Below, piece after piece: positions 31,290 to 41,112 of a stretch of 64,000 bases of DNA. The notes below the pieces were generated by a model, which had not been told where the DNA came from, searched no databases, and saw nothing but the letters and a program-made list of their open reading frames with translations. Each line of letters begins with the position of its first letter. Positions within the stretch are counted from its first letter, which is position 1. The DNA lies in assembly GCA_965242965.1 (NCBI GenBank), contig OZ251518.1, positions 736,001-800,000 of the forward strand, in the 5' to 3' direction. A program made the position numbers and the translations under genes. This stretch comes from Candidatus Poribacteria bacterium (lineage in GTDB: Bacteria; Poribacteria; WGA-4E; WGA-3G).

Positions 31290-31480
31290 GAGGGGTGTTT
31301 CATAAATCGTTCAACTAGGAGATATCGCTTGCATCGAGACCGGAAGGCATTGGGCCCACCTCTGTAGTTCGGGATCGCCTGATCCCGAACGGGTCAGGAT
31401 CAGGCGATCCTGACCTACAGGGGTGACACGGTTTGGCAGCCAAACGCATGGCGAGGGACAGGCCCTCGCCCTACGGTGAA
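31290..31480. repeat. REP cluster starting with a TIR-like motif
   Basis: GAGGGGTGTTTCATAAAT followed by REP palindromes. Confidence 0.8.
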
Positions 31481-31614
31481 GGGGCCCGTTTTTTCCCGGA
31501 AGGACGAAAAGAATATCCTCAAAAACGTAGTCATTGACAACGTCAATGACGGACCTGGCAAGAAAACTTTATTGATAAAGTAACGCTGTCCGAACGCCTT
31601 GCGAACAACAAAAA

Positions 31615-33735
31615 ATGGCATTTCTTAATCCACTTTTCCTCTTTGGACTACTCGCCGCCGGCATTCCATTGCTTATCCATCTCTGGAATCGCCGGCGCGT
31701 GGTGACAATAGATTTTAGCAGCCTAATGTTCCTCGTAGCGGCGCATCGCCAAAATGTCCGCCGCGTCCAACTCAAAAACCTCCTGATTCTGCTCCTGCGG
31801 ATGCTCATCATCGCGCTTATCGCATTAGCGTTAGCGCGTCCGTTTTTAACGCTAGGTTTACCGCTGTCCGCTGTCCGCGCGAAAACCGATGTCGTCGTTA
31901 TCCTAGACAACTCCTACAGCATGGCGTATGAAGGCGTTGACGGCGTGGCGTTTGAAAAGGCGAAGGCGTTAGGCACCGAAGTTCTCCGCTCCCTCCGGCA
32001 CGGCGATAGTGCGTCGCTCATCCTCATGTCCGATGTTGCGCAGCCTGTCTTTCGGCGGCTCACCCCTGATATTGAAAGCGTTATCACCGCTGTTGACGCA
32101 GCGGCAGTCTCTTATCGCGCGACAAACGTGCAACCGAGTTTGGAATTCGCGCACGAGATGTTTAACGGTGAAGACGGTGAAGGAGGACAACCAACCGCAA
32201 GCAGCGCGTTAAATCGGGAAATCTACCTGATCTCGGATTTCGCTGAGAACGGATGGGAAAACTGGGGACGCGTGCCGAATCTCTCCGGTGCGCGTATTTT
32301 CCTGCTGCCTGTCACCGAACAAAATCCACACAACACGAATATTGAAGAAATTGCCGCCTCGAATCAACTAATTGGCATGAATCTATCGTTCCAAATGTCT
32401 ACGACAGCGACGAATCATGCGGCGGCACCGTTAGAACAAAGCACGTTGACACTATTTATCGGCGGGCAAAAACGGCGCGCCATAACTTTTTCCGCGGCAG
32501 CAGGTGAATCGCTGACGACACCTTTAACGCACCGTTTCTCTACACCCGGCACGCATACCGGCTATTTCACGCTGACACCAGACCGGCTGAACGTGGATAA
32601 TCGACGCTATTTTGCTTTTGAGGCACTCGGAGAAGTGCGCGTCTTGTGCATCGGTGAACAAACACAAACGCTCACGTTAGCACTCAATCCCGACAACGGC
32701 ACGATGCTGCTGCCAACGGCATGCACGCCTGCTGAATTTGAGACATTGCCGCTTGAGGATTATGACGTTATCATCCTCGCGGATGTCCCGGAGGTAACTG
32801 CATCGATGCGCGCGCAACTCCAAACGGGCATCCGACTCGGAAAAAGTATCATCGCGTTTATCGGTGGCGGCTACGCGCAACTCCGCGATATTTTACCGGC
32901 GCAACTCGGCACACCGCTCACGTGGACACCGCCGCAACAGATTGCGACATACCAAACGACGCACCCGATCTTTGACATATTTCCTCGCGAGGGGTTTCCG
33001 GAACAATATGCCCCACAATTTCACGACGGTATTGAACTTATCCCGACAACTGGGGCGAACGTCATTGCCCGCTTCGGCGATGGAACTCCGTTTCTGATTG
33101 AAAAAGGACAGGTGTTACTCTATAATTGCAGGCTTCAAACGCAACTCCTCAACCCCTATTTTCTCCCGCTCCTCCAACAAAGTGTGCTTTACGCGCGGGT
33201 GATGACTGGACAGGGACGCGCTTCTCTTCAATCCGATGTTCAGGTAGGTGAACCTTGGATGGCGCGCTATCCGCGCAGTGCCGGCGCAACAGCCACGATA
33301 AAACGGACAGAGGCATCGGAAGTAGACGTGGACAATAGCGAACCTACGCCTGCTGTCGTGCCGATTGCAGAAGACGGCACCCTCCGGTTTGAGGGGACAG
33401 AACACCCTGGCATCTATCAGGTGGAAGTCCGAACGCAAGGACAACTCCAGCGAGACTTCTTCGCCGTTAACGTCAACACCGTCGAATCCGATTTAGCACC
33501 TATTGACATGGCGAGGGCCGCCGCACGAATCGGCGCGCAAACACCGGCAGCCGATGAAACCGCTGAAACAGACGCAGATGCCTACGATATCCAACGACAC
33601 GGCAGAGAAATCTGGGGCGAATTGCTGATACTTGCTGTCAGTCTGCTGTTCATTGAAAGTTTCGTCTCAAACCGCGGCAGCGCGTCTGCGACAGGTAACG
33701 GAGGGAGTTTCATAAATCGTTCAACGTCGCGGTGA
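31615..33735 (+). CDS. BatA domain + vWA domain membrane protein
   Basis: MAFLNPLFLFGL..AGIPLLIHLW...LLLLLR...LALARP; MIDAS-like DNSYSM; C-terminal TM. Confidence 0.9.
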   Translation: MAFLNPLFLFGLLAAGIPLLIHLWNRRRVVTIDFSSLMFLVAAHRQNVRRVQLKNLLILLLRMLIIALIALALARPFLTLGLPLSAVRAKTDVVVILDNSYSMAYEGVDGVAFEKAKALGTEVLRSLRHGDSASLILMSDVAQPVFRRLTPDIESVITAVDAAAVSYRATNVQPSLEFAHEMFNGEDGEGGQPTASSALNREIYLISDFAENGWENWGRVPNLSGARIFLLPVTEQNPHNTNIEEIAASNQLIGMNLSFQMSTTATNHAAAPLEQSTLTLFIGGQKRRAITFSAAAGESLTTPLTHRFSTPGTHTGYFTLTPDRLNVDNRRYFAFEALGEVRVLCIGEQTQTLTLALNPDNGTMLLPTACTPAEFETLPLEDYDVIILADVPEVTASMRAQLQTGIRLGKSIIAFIGGGYAQLRDILPAQLGTPLTWTPPQQIATYQTTHPIFDIFPREGFPEQYAPQFHDGIELIPTTGANVIARFGDGTPFLIEKGQVLLYNCRLQTQLLNPYFLPLLQQSVLYARVMTGQGRASLQSDVQVGEPWMARYPRSAGATATIKRTEASEVDVDNSEPTPAVVPIAEDGTLRFEGTEHPGIYQVEVRTQGQLQRDFFAVNVNTVESDLAPIDMARAAARIGAQTPAADETAETDADAYDIQRHGREIWGELLILAVSLLFIESFVSNRGSASATGNGGSFINRSTSR

Positions 33736-33932
33736 CATGCACCCGCGCTACGGTAAAAAAACGCCTTCCCTTCACGTAGGGCGAGGGCCTGTCCCTCGCC
33801 ATCGCTGGCGCGCCAGGCCCTGTAGGTCAGGATCGCCTGATCCTGACCCGTTCGGGAGCGGGCGCTCCCGAACTACAGAGCTGGGCCCAATGCGCCCTCC
33901 CCTCAAGGGGGATAAATTTATGAAACACTTTC
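33701..33932. mobile_element. MITE-like TIR-bounded REP cassette
   Basis: GAGGGAGTTTCATAAAT ... ATTTATGAAACACTTTC flanking REP palindromes. Confidence 0.6.
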
Positions 33933-33944
33933 AGGTAACAACTA

Positions 33945-35954
33945 ATGTTTTTCGTATTTCCTAGCGGTATTTCAACTGCGAGTCGCCAAAAGCGGTTGAC
34001 GCATCAAGCCGTCTTGACATTGCCAAGACTTGCAACGCTTTTTTTTCTGAGCGTTGTTTTTACTGTGCAGTTTGCCTTCGGAGAGGAAGTGCCTCTGCAA
34101 ACCGCGCGAAATCAGAATGCCGCGAGTGTTGTCCGCAGTCTTGTCATTTCCGGTAACGAGTCCTTTCCGGAAGCCCAACTCCGCTCCTTGATGCAGACAG
34201 ATGTCTGGGGGACTTATGACGAAGCGGTGCTGAAGCAGGATTTTGATGCCATCGTCCGTTTCTATCACGCCGAAGGGTTTCTCTTCGCCCGCGTGCCAAT
34301 GGAGAAACTCGCTGTCAAACAATTCGGAGACGGCGTTTATATCCGGTTTGAGATAGACGAAGGCATCATCGGCAAAATCACCCTCGATGGGAATACGAAA
34401 ACTAGAGATGCCGTTATCCTCCGAGAACTGCTGTTTGCAGTCGGCGATGTCTACACCGAAGCAGACAAGGAGGAAAGCGAGCAAATTCTGCGCAGAAAAC
34501 GATACATCGGCGACCCGAGTATTGAAGCGCACTGGGATGAATTTTCGCAAACGGTGTCCGTCCACGTTACCGTCAAAGATCTTTGGACGCTCCTCGGTGC
34601 CTTAGAACCGAATTTCAACAGCCAACGTGGATATTTCCTTGCGCGCGTCCGAGAATCGAACCTCTCCGGGACAGGACATGCGACACAAGTGAGTTATGAG
34701 CGCATCAGCGAAGTTGACGAAAAAACGCGGAGTCTTTTTCGTGGGCAATATGAATTGCCGCGCCTTTTCAATTCGCATTGGAATTTTGACGGTGAATATA
34801 CACAGGAACGCATCGGGGATTCGTGGCGGGTGCTACTTGAACGTCCGCAATACAGCCTCAAAAGTCGATGGAGCGCGCGGTTTCAATTATTGGAGGCGAT
34901 TGATACCCTCTCGTGGTTTGAAGGCGCGACGCGGACCGATACTTTTGAACGGCATCACCGCGGGGCATCCGGCCACATCCGCCGCTACTTCGGTGACCGG
35001 CAGAAGCAAACCTACATCGGGCTTTGGGCAACCGCGCGCCGCTCAACTTATGAATTAGTAGAGAAAAACGGCATTTCCGCAGCCGCACTACGGAACCGCG
35101 ACATCAAACGCTTCGGCATCACCGTCGGAAGGCAGCACGTCGCATATCACAAGACTCGGTTCCTCAGACGAATGGGACAGACAGAAAACTTTTTCATCGG
35201 CTCTCAATACGGACTCTCCCTCGGACATGCATCGCCGCTCTACGGTTCAGACAGAGAGGAATCTTACGCAGAGCTGGCTCTTGGCAACGGATGGATGCGC
35301 GGACAACGCCTCTTCGGCACAACGACGGTAGCCGTCAATGCTAACTTCACTAGCCGAATTGAACGTTCGATTATTGAAGCGCGGACCACGCTGTTTTACA
35401 CGGATGTCTTCAACGCGGGGGATATTTATACGCTTGAAGATGGCTTTCGAGAGGATGGGCTTTTTGATTTCCATCAAACCTTCGTCGCGCAATTCAAAAC
35501 GGCGATGCAATTTGGATGGCACGGCGAAAGCCAAGTTATCCTCGGGGCTGCCACTGGGTTGCGCGGCTATGCCTACCGCGAATTTAACGGCGAAAAAATG
35601 ATGCTCCTCCGACTGGAATCTAGGACTGTCTTCGGCGGCACGGTCTTCCGCAAAATTGACGAGGCACTCGCCGCGGTTGCAACGTTCTGCGCGCAGCCCT
35701 TTACTGACAGCCCGGTAAGCCTTGGGCTTGTCTTAAGCGGCACCGCCTTCGCCGATATCGGGTATATCTGGAATGGACAGCAGACGTTCAACATCGGTGA
35801 ACCCAAACGCAGCCTTGGCTTTGGCATCCGGGGCAGTTTCTCACAAGTCGGCGGCACCGGCATTATTCGCGTTGAGTGTGCCTTTCCGCTTGATTCGTCA
35901 ACATCGAATGGATTCAGTCCCACGCTTTTTTACGGCTTGGAACGCGCTTTTTAG
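33945..35954 (+). CDS. POTRA-domain Omp85/BamA-TamA family outer-membrane protein
   Basis: Two POTRA units (ISGN..F...L; LDGNTKTRDAVILREL); GLRGY motif; C-terminal Phe. Start uncertain. Confidence 0.85.
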   Translation: MFFVFPSGISTASRQKRLTHQAVLTLPRLATLFFLSVVFTVQFAFGEEVPLQTARNQNAASVVRSLVISGNESFPEAQLRSLMQTDVWGTYDEAVLKQDFDAIVRFYHAEGFLFARVPMEKLAVKQFGDGVYIRFEIDEGIIGKITLDGNTKTRDAVILRELLFAVGDVYTEADKEESEQILRRKRYIGDPSIEAHWDEFSQTVSVHVTVKDLWTLLGALEPNFNSQRGYFLARVRESNLSGTGHATQVSYERISEVDEKTRSLFRGQYELPRLFNSHWNFDGEYTQERIGDSWRVLLERPQYSLKSRWSARFQLLEAIDTLSWFEGATRTDTFERHHRGASGHIRRYFGDRQKQTYIGLWATARRSTYELVEKNGISAAALRNRDIKRFGITVGRQHVAYHKTRFLRRMGQTENFFIGSQYGLSLGHASPLYGSDREESYAELALGNGWMRGQRLFGTTTVAVNANFTSRIERSIIEARTTLFYTDVFNAGDIYTLEDGFREDGLFDFHQTFVAQFKTAMQFGWHGESQVILGAATGLRGYAYREFNGEKMMLLRLESRTVFGGTVFRKIDEALAAVATFCAQPFTDSPVSLGLVLSGTAFADIGYIWNGQQTFNIGEPKRSLGFGIRGSFSQVGGTGIIRVECAFPLDSSTSNGFSPTLFYGLERAF

Positions 35955-35974
35955 TCATAAGTTGTCATCGCATC

Positions 35975-36570
35975 CTTCCCGGTCTCGATGCGTCACCCAA
36001 TACCGTAGCGCGAGGGCCTGTCCCTCGCGATCGTTCGATAACCCAATCACCTTCCCCATACCGTAGCGCGAGGGCCTGTCCCTCGCGAGGTTTCGGGAGA
36101 CCGCAGCATGGCGGGGGACAGGCCCCCGCCCTACGATAAAACGGAAAATGCTTGTCCTCGCGCCCAAACCCCGTCCGTATACCGTAGCGCGAGGGCCTGT
36201 CCCTCGCGATCGTTCGGTAGACCGCAGCATGGCGGGGGACAGGCCCCCGCCCTACGATAAAAAAAACGGTTCTTAGGTCCGTAGGACCTTAATGTCTATA
36301 GCACGCGCAAACGCGAAGAATCCTAAGGTCCTTTAGGTCCTTAATGTATTTTGCCAGGGCCGCGCGTGTTTTTATTAAGGACCTAAAGGCCCTTGAAAAC
36401 GTAACAACACGTTTTTCTATAGACATGTAGGTCCTACGGACCTAAAAACGCCATTCTTGCCGATGGCGATCGCGGGGGACAGGCCCCGCCCTACGATGAA
36501 ACGAAAAATCTTCTACCCCGTAGCGCGCGAACTTATCCTTTCCCGTAGGAGAGCCCTCCCGGTCTCGATG
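35975..36570. repeat. REP cluster with four-hairpin module
   Basis: REP palindromes plus AGGTCC/GGACCT module at 36273-36444. Confidence 0.9.
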
Positions 36571-36588
36571 CATCACTCTTGATTTTCC

Positions 36589-36617
36589 TTGACATTTCAA
36601 TTTTTAGAGGGTAAAAT
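36589..36617 (+). promoter_or_regulatory. Sigma70 promoter, probably leaderless transcript
   Basis: TTGACA-17 bp-TAAAAT; ATG at 36625. Confidence 0.75.
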
Positions 36618-36624
36618 AATAAGT

Positions 36625-37107
36625 ATGAAAAGACAACTACGCATTTACATTGAAACATCGATTCCGAGTTTCTACTATACGTTGCGTACCGATACCGCAT
36701 CGCTTGCCATGCAGCATTGGACTCGGAAATGGTGGGCCGAATACAGTCAGGAATTCAGCCTTGTTGCGAGTCCCGTAGTGATTGCGGAACTTAGTGCCGG
36801 CACGGGAAAAATGACGCAGGCTCGGATTGAATTAGTTGAAACGCTTGAAATGTTGTCGATTCATCCGGATATTCGTCACATCGCGCAAACCTATATTGAT
36901 AGGCTAATCATGCCGCAGAATGCATCCGGTGACGCGCTTCACTTGGCAATTGCTTCGTTTCATCAGGTAGATATCCTCTTAACGTGGAATTGCCGACATC
37001 TTGCGAATGCTAACAAGTTTGGTATCATCCGGCGGATAAATCGAGAATTGGCGTTACCAACGCCGGAATTGGTGACACCGCTGAACTTTTTAGGAATGGA
37101 GGACTGA
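36625..37107 (+). CDS. PIN-domain (VapC-like) nuclease/toxin
   Basis: IYIETSIPS...DALHLAIA...DILLTWNCRHLAN acidic PIN motifs. Confidence 0.85.
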   Translation: MKRQLRIYIETSIPSFYYTLRTDTASLAMQHWTRKWWAEYSQEFSLVASPVVIAELSAGTGKMTQARIELVETLEMLSIHPDIRHIAQTYIDRLIMPQNASGDALHLAIASFHQVDILLTWNCRHLANANKFGIIRRINRELALPTPELVTPLNFLGMED

Positions 37108-37110
37108 AAA

Positions 37111-37311
37111 ATGGAACGCAGTGAACTTGCCGAAATTCGCAGAATCCGACACGAAATTTCTGCCCAGTTTAACCACGATGTAGGGAAATTAGTTGCGCAT
37201 TACCAAGCATTTGAGCAGGAAATGCGGAAGTCTCAGAAATACAAATTCGCAGAGCCGCCATCGGAAACGCACAAACGCGTTGAAACAGAGAAAACCGAGG
37301 CGGCTGGTTAA
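37111..37311 (+). CDS. Small protein, putative antitoxin
   Basis: 66 aa; SD GGAGG; 3 bp after the PIN gene; EIRRIRHEIS helix. Confidence 0.65.
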   Translation: MERSELAEIRRIRHEISAQFNHDVGKLVAHYQAFEQEMRKSQKYKFAEPPSETHKRVETEKTEAAG

Positions 37312-37344
37312 TCGTTTCATAAGCGCACGGACCGCGGAAAAATT

Positions 37345-37476
37345 CGTAGCGCGAGGGCCTGTCCCTCGCGAGCGTTGGATGGCCCAAACCCCTTCCCCAT
37401 ACCGTAGCGCGAGGGCCTGTCCCTCGCGAGGTTTCGGTAGACCGGAGCATGGCGGGGGACAGGCCCCCGCCCTACG
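37345..37476. repeat. REP cluster
   Basis: Three REP palindromes. Confidence 0.9.
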
Positions 37477-37494
37477 ATGAAATGGATTTTTTCC

Positions 37495-37523
37495 TTGCAA
37501 TACGAATAAAACTATGCTAAACT
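37495..37523 (+). promoter_or_regulatory. Sigma70 promoter, probably leaderless transcript
   Basis: TTGCAA-17 bp-TAAACT with TG extension; ATG at 37531; no SD. Confidence 0.65.
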
Positions 37524-37530
37524 TACCATC

Positions 37531-40500
37531 ATGCCAACACTCAACATCAAACCCACACATAAAGCGATAACCGCCTATTACGCCGCCCTCGACAGGTATC
37601 GTCAACACGGCATTTCGCACGAAACCGCTGTCCGCGCCGCCTTTCAAGCACTCCTCGAAGTTGGCGCGCGACAATTGAATTGGACGCTCGTTTGTGAATA
37701 TACGCTAAACATCGGTAGGCGAGACCTCCCGGTCTCGATGCAATCGCGGGGGACAGGCCCCCGCGCTACGGTGCGTCCGGGAACGATTCGTCTTGACGGT
37801 GCCCTACTTGATGCCTACAGTCTCCCGCGCGGCACCTGGGAGGCAAAAGGCGTTCACGGAAACCTCCGCGCCGAAATCGAGAAGAAATTTGACGCGGGCT
37901 ATCCCCAGGACAACATCCTTTTCCAAACTCCCGAACGCGCGATTTTGTATCAAAACGGCCGCGAAGTAATGGACGCGGACATCACCGAACCGGCTCCCCT
38001 CGTCGCTGTCCTCAAGGCGTTCTTCGGCTATGAGCGCGCACACGCCGCCGAGTGGGAAGCCGCTGTCACCGCCTTCAGAGCCCTCGTCCCCGAACTGAAA
38101 CGGGAAGCCAAGGCACTCATTCAGACGCGCCACCGCGAGAGTGCGCGCTTCCGCAACGCCTTCGCCGACTTCCATCAACTCTGCCAAAACGCGATTCACC
38201 CCGCGCTCGCCGAATCCGCCGTGGAAGAGATGCTGCTCCAACACCTCTTGACAGAACGAACGTTTCGCACCGTCTTTGACAATCCTGACTTCGCACAGCG
38301 GAACATCATCGCACGCGAAATAGAGAAGGTTATCAACGCGCTCATTGAGAACGCATATAGCCGCGACGCATTCCTCGAAAACCTGAAGCCGTTCTATCGG
38401 GAAATCGAACGCGAAGCGGCAACTCTCGTCGATTTCTCGCAGAAACAGCATTTTCTGAATACCGTCTACGAACAGTTTTTTCAGGGAGATTCCGCCGACG
38501 TTGCCGATACGCACGGTATCGTTTATACACCGCAACCTATCGTCGATTTCATGGTGCAGAGCGTAAATCATCTCCTCAAAACCGAATTCGACAGGTCTCT
38601 TTCCGATGAAGGCGTTCACATCATCGATGCGTTTGTCGGCACCGGCAACTTCATCGTCCGCCTGATGCGCGAGATAGAACCCCTCAAACTCAACGCCAAA
38701 TACCGTTCAGAATTGTGGTGCAACGAAGTGCTGTTATTGCCCTACTACATCGCCAGTCTCAACATCGAACACGAATTTTACGAGGCCACCGGCGAATACC
38801 TCCCCTTTGAAGGCATTTCCCTCGTGGATACCTTCGATCTGGCGGAAGACCGGCAGTTGTCCCTTTTAACGCAGGAGAACACCGCTCGCGTCGAAAAGCA
38901 GAAGGCATCGCCGATGTTCGTCGTCATCGGCAATCCGCCTTACAACGTCGGGCAGGCGAATGAGCATGATCAGAATCAAAACCGAAAGTATGCGGCGTTG
39001 GATAAACTCATCCAAGAGACATACGCGAAGGATTCGTTAGCGACAAACAAAAAATCGCTCTACGATCTCTACGTGAAGGCACTCAAATGGGCATCCGAAC
39101 GCATCGGCGAGGAAGGCATCGTCGCGCTCGTCACGAACAACAGCTTCCTCGATGCAAAGGCATTTGACGGCATGCGCAAACATCTCGCCCAAGATTTCGA
39201 CCGGCTCTATATCGTCGACCTTGGCGGCAACGCGCGAAAAGACACCCTCGTCTCCGATGCCAGCGTCTTCGGCATCCAAGTCGGCGTGAGTATCAATTTC
39301 TTCGTCAAAGGGCCGTCCTCCACCGTAGCGCGGGGGCCTGTCCCCCGCGATCGTTCCGCAGAAGAACCGTCCTCCACCGTAGCGCGGGGGCCTGTCCCCC
39401 GCGATCGTTCCATCGACGATAACGCCCACATCTTCTACTTCCGCACCGACGACACCTGGAACAAAAACCAAAAATTCGACTTCCTCGCGCAAACCGAACA
39501 CATCGGCAACGTCCCCTGGCAAACGCTGCAACCCGACGCGCGACACACATGGCTCACCGAAGGACTCAACACCGAATTTTTGACCTTCATCCCGATGGGC
39601 ACCAAAACCGCCAGACGCGCCAAAGGCGACGTTGAAAATGTCATTTTCCAACTCTACAGCAACGGCGTGAACACCACTCGCGATGCATGGACTTGCAACT
39701 TTAACCGAAACACCCTCGCTGAAAACATGCAAGTGATGTATGATTTCTACAATTCGCAGTTGCGCGAATGGAACGGCACCGAAGACAAATCCGGGCTCAC
39801 GGTTGATGATTTTGTCACCTATGCCGATACGAAAATCAAATGGACAATGGATTTGAGGGCAAAGTTGAGGCGCGGGCGCGTCGCTGAATACGATGACAGC
39901 AAAATTCGGCACTCGCTTTACCGTCCCTTCACCAAAACGCATCTCTACTTTGACAGGCACTTCAATGACAGGGTGTATCGGTTCCCCTTTATTTTTCCGA
40001 CGCGAGAGACAGAAGCGGAAAATCGGGTGATTTGCGTGAGTCAATCCAATAGGCAAGATTTCGCGGTGCTAGCATCCAAATTCATCCCGAACAGTGCACT
40101 TTACATAGAGCCGCTGCAGGCTTTTCCCTTCTATGCCTACGATGAAGACGGCACGAACCGCCGAGAAAACATCACCGATTGGGCATTGCGAAACTTCCGC
40201 GCGCATTACGGCGACGATACCATCACCAAATGGGAGATTTTCCATTATACTTATGGGCTTCTGCATCATCCTGATTATCGCGAACGTTACGCCGCCGATC
40301 TCAAGCGCGACTTGCCGCACATCCCCTTCGTCAAGGATTTCTGGGCATTTGCGGATGCTGGCGCGCAACTTGCAGAACTCCACGTCAATTATGAATCGCA
40401 GCCGCAATATGAATTGACATCTATCACGAAGGAACGCGCGCTCGATTTGCGTGTGGAACGGATGAAGTTGTCGAAAGACAAGACATCGCTCATCTACAAC

Positions 40501-40743
40501 GATTCCCTCACTTTGGACGGCATTCCGCCAGAGGTTTTTGAGTATCGGTTGGGTAAACGTTCGGCATTAGAGTGGGTGCTGGATCAGTATCGGGTCAAGA
40601 CAGACGATCGAAGTCAAATCACCAACTCCCCGAACGATGCTGAGTCCCCGCAGGGAATTGTAGATCTCATCGGTTCGGTAATTACGGTAAGTTTGAAGAC
40701 GGTGGAGATTGTGTCGGGGTTGCCGCCCTTCCCGTTCCCGTAG
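37531..40743 (+). CDS. Single-chain restriction-modification enzyme: N6-adenine MTase with Type ISP (LlaBIII-like) C-terminal specificity domain, no helicase
   Basis: N-terminal DG...WEAK nuclease-like motif; GIVYTP, DAFVGTG (motif I), GNPPY (motif IV); YRPF.K..LYF and IFHY.YGLLH.PDYRERY..DLKRDLPHIP. Confidence 0.85.
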   Translation: MPTLNIKPTHKAITAYYAALDRYRQHGISHETAVRAAFQALLEVGARQLNWTLVCEYTLNIGRRDLPVSMQSRGTGPRATVRPGTIRLDGALLDAYSLPRGTWEAKGVHGNLRAEIEKKFDAGYPQDNILFQTPERAILYQNGREVMDADITEPAPLVAVLKAFFGYERAHAAEWEAAVTAFRALVPELKREAKALIQTRHRESARFRNAFADFHQLCQNAIHPALAESAVEEMLLQHLLTERTFRTVFDNPDFAQRNIIAREIEKVINALIENAYSRDAFLENLKPFYREIEREAATLVDFSQKQHFLNTVYEQFFQGDSADVADTHGIVYTPQPIVDFMVQSVNHLLKTEFDRSLSDEGVHIIDAFVGTGNFIVRLMREIEPLKLNAKYRSELWCNEVLLLPYYIASLNIEHEFYEATGEYLPFEGISLVDTFDLAEDRQLSLLTQENTARVEKQKASPMFVVIGNPPYNVGQANEHDQNQNRKYAALDKLIQETYAKDSLATNKKSLYDLYVKALKWASERIGEEGIVALVTNNSFLDAKAFDGMRKHLAQDFDRLYIVDLGGNARKDTLVSDASVFGIQVGVSINFFVKGPSSTVARGPVPRDRSAEEPSSTVARGPVPRDRSIDDNAHIFYFRTDDTWNKNQKFDFLAQTEHIGNVPWQTLQPDARHTWLTEGLNTEFLTFIPMGTKTARRAKGDVENVIFQLYSNGVNTTRDAWTCNFNRNTLAENMQVMYDFYNSQLREWNGTEDKSGLTVDDFVTYADTKIKWTMDLRAKLRRGRVAEYDDSKIRHSLYRPFTKTHLYFDRHFNDRVYRFPFIFPTRETEAENRVICVSQSNRQDFAVLASKFIPNSALYIEPLQAFPFYAYDEDGTNRRENITDWALRNFRAHYGDDTITKWEIFHYTYGLLHHPDYRERYAADLKRDLPHIPFVKDFWAFADAGAQLAELHVNYESQPQYELTSITKERALDLRVERMKLSKDKTSLIYNDSLTLDGIPPEVFEYRLGKRSALEWVLDQYRVKTDDRSQITNSPNDAESPQGIVDLIGSVITVSLKTVEIVSGLPPFPFP

Positions 40744-41060
40744 GAGAGACCTCCCGGTCTCGATTTCTGCCGCCCGCGTCTCGATGCGTCATCCTCTACC
40801 GTAGCGCGAGGGCCTGTCCCTCGCGAGGTTTCGGTAGACCGCAGCATGGCGGGGGACAGGCCCCCGCCCTACGGTGGCACGGAGACATCTTCTATACCGT
40901 AGCGCGAGGGCCTGTCCCTCGCGATCGTTCGAGGGCCAGATCGCCGTCCCCATACCGTAGCGCGAGGGCCTGTCCCTCGCGAGGTTTCGGTAGACCGGAG
41001 CATGGCGGGGGACAGGCCCCCGCCCTACGATGAAATGGAAACATCCTGTCCCTCGCGATC
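40739..41060. repeat. REP cluster; the first REP supplies the R-M gene's TAG stop
   Basis: CCG TAG GAGAGACCTCCCGGTCTCGAT followed by inverted REP pairs. Confidence 0.9.
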
Positions 41061-41112
41061 ATTCGATGGCCCCGGGCATAACCGAAAAAAAACATACTAA
41101 ACCCAAATTCCC

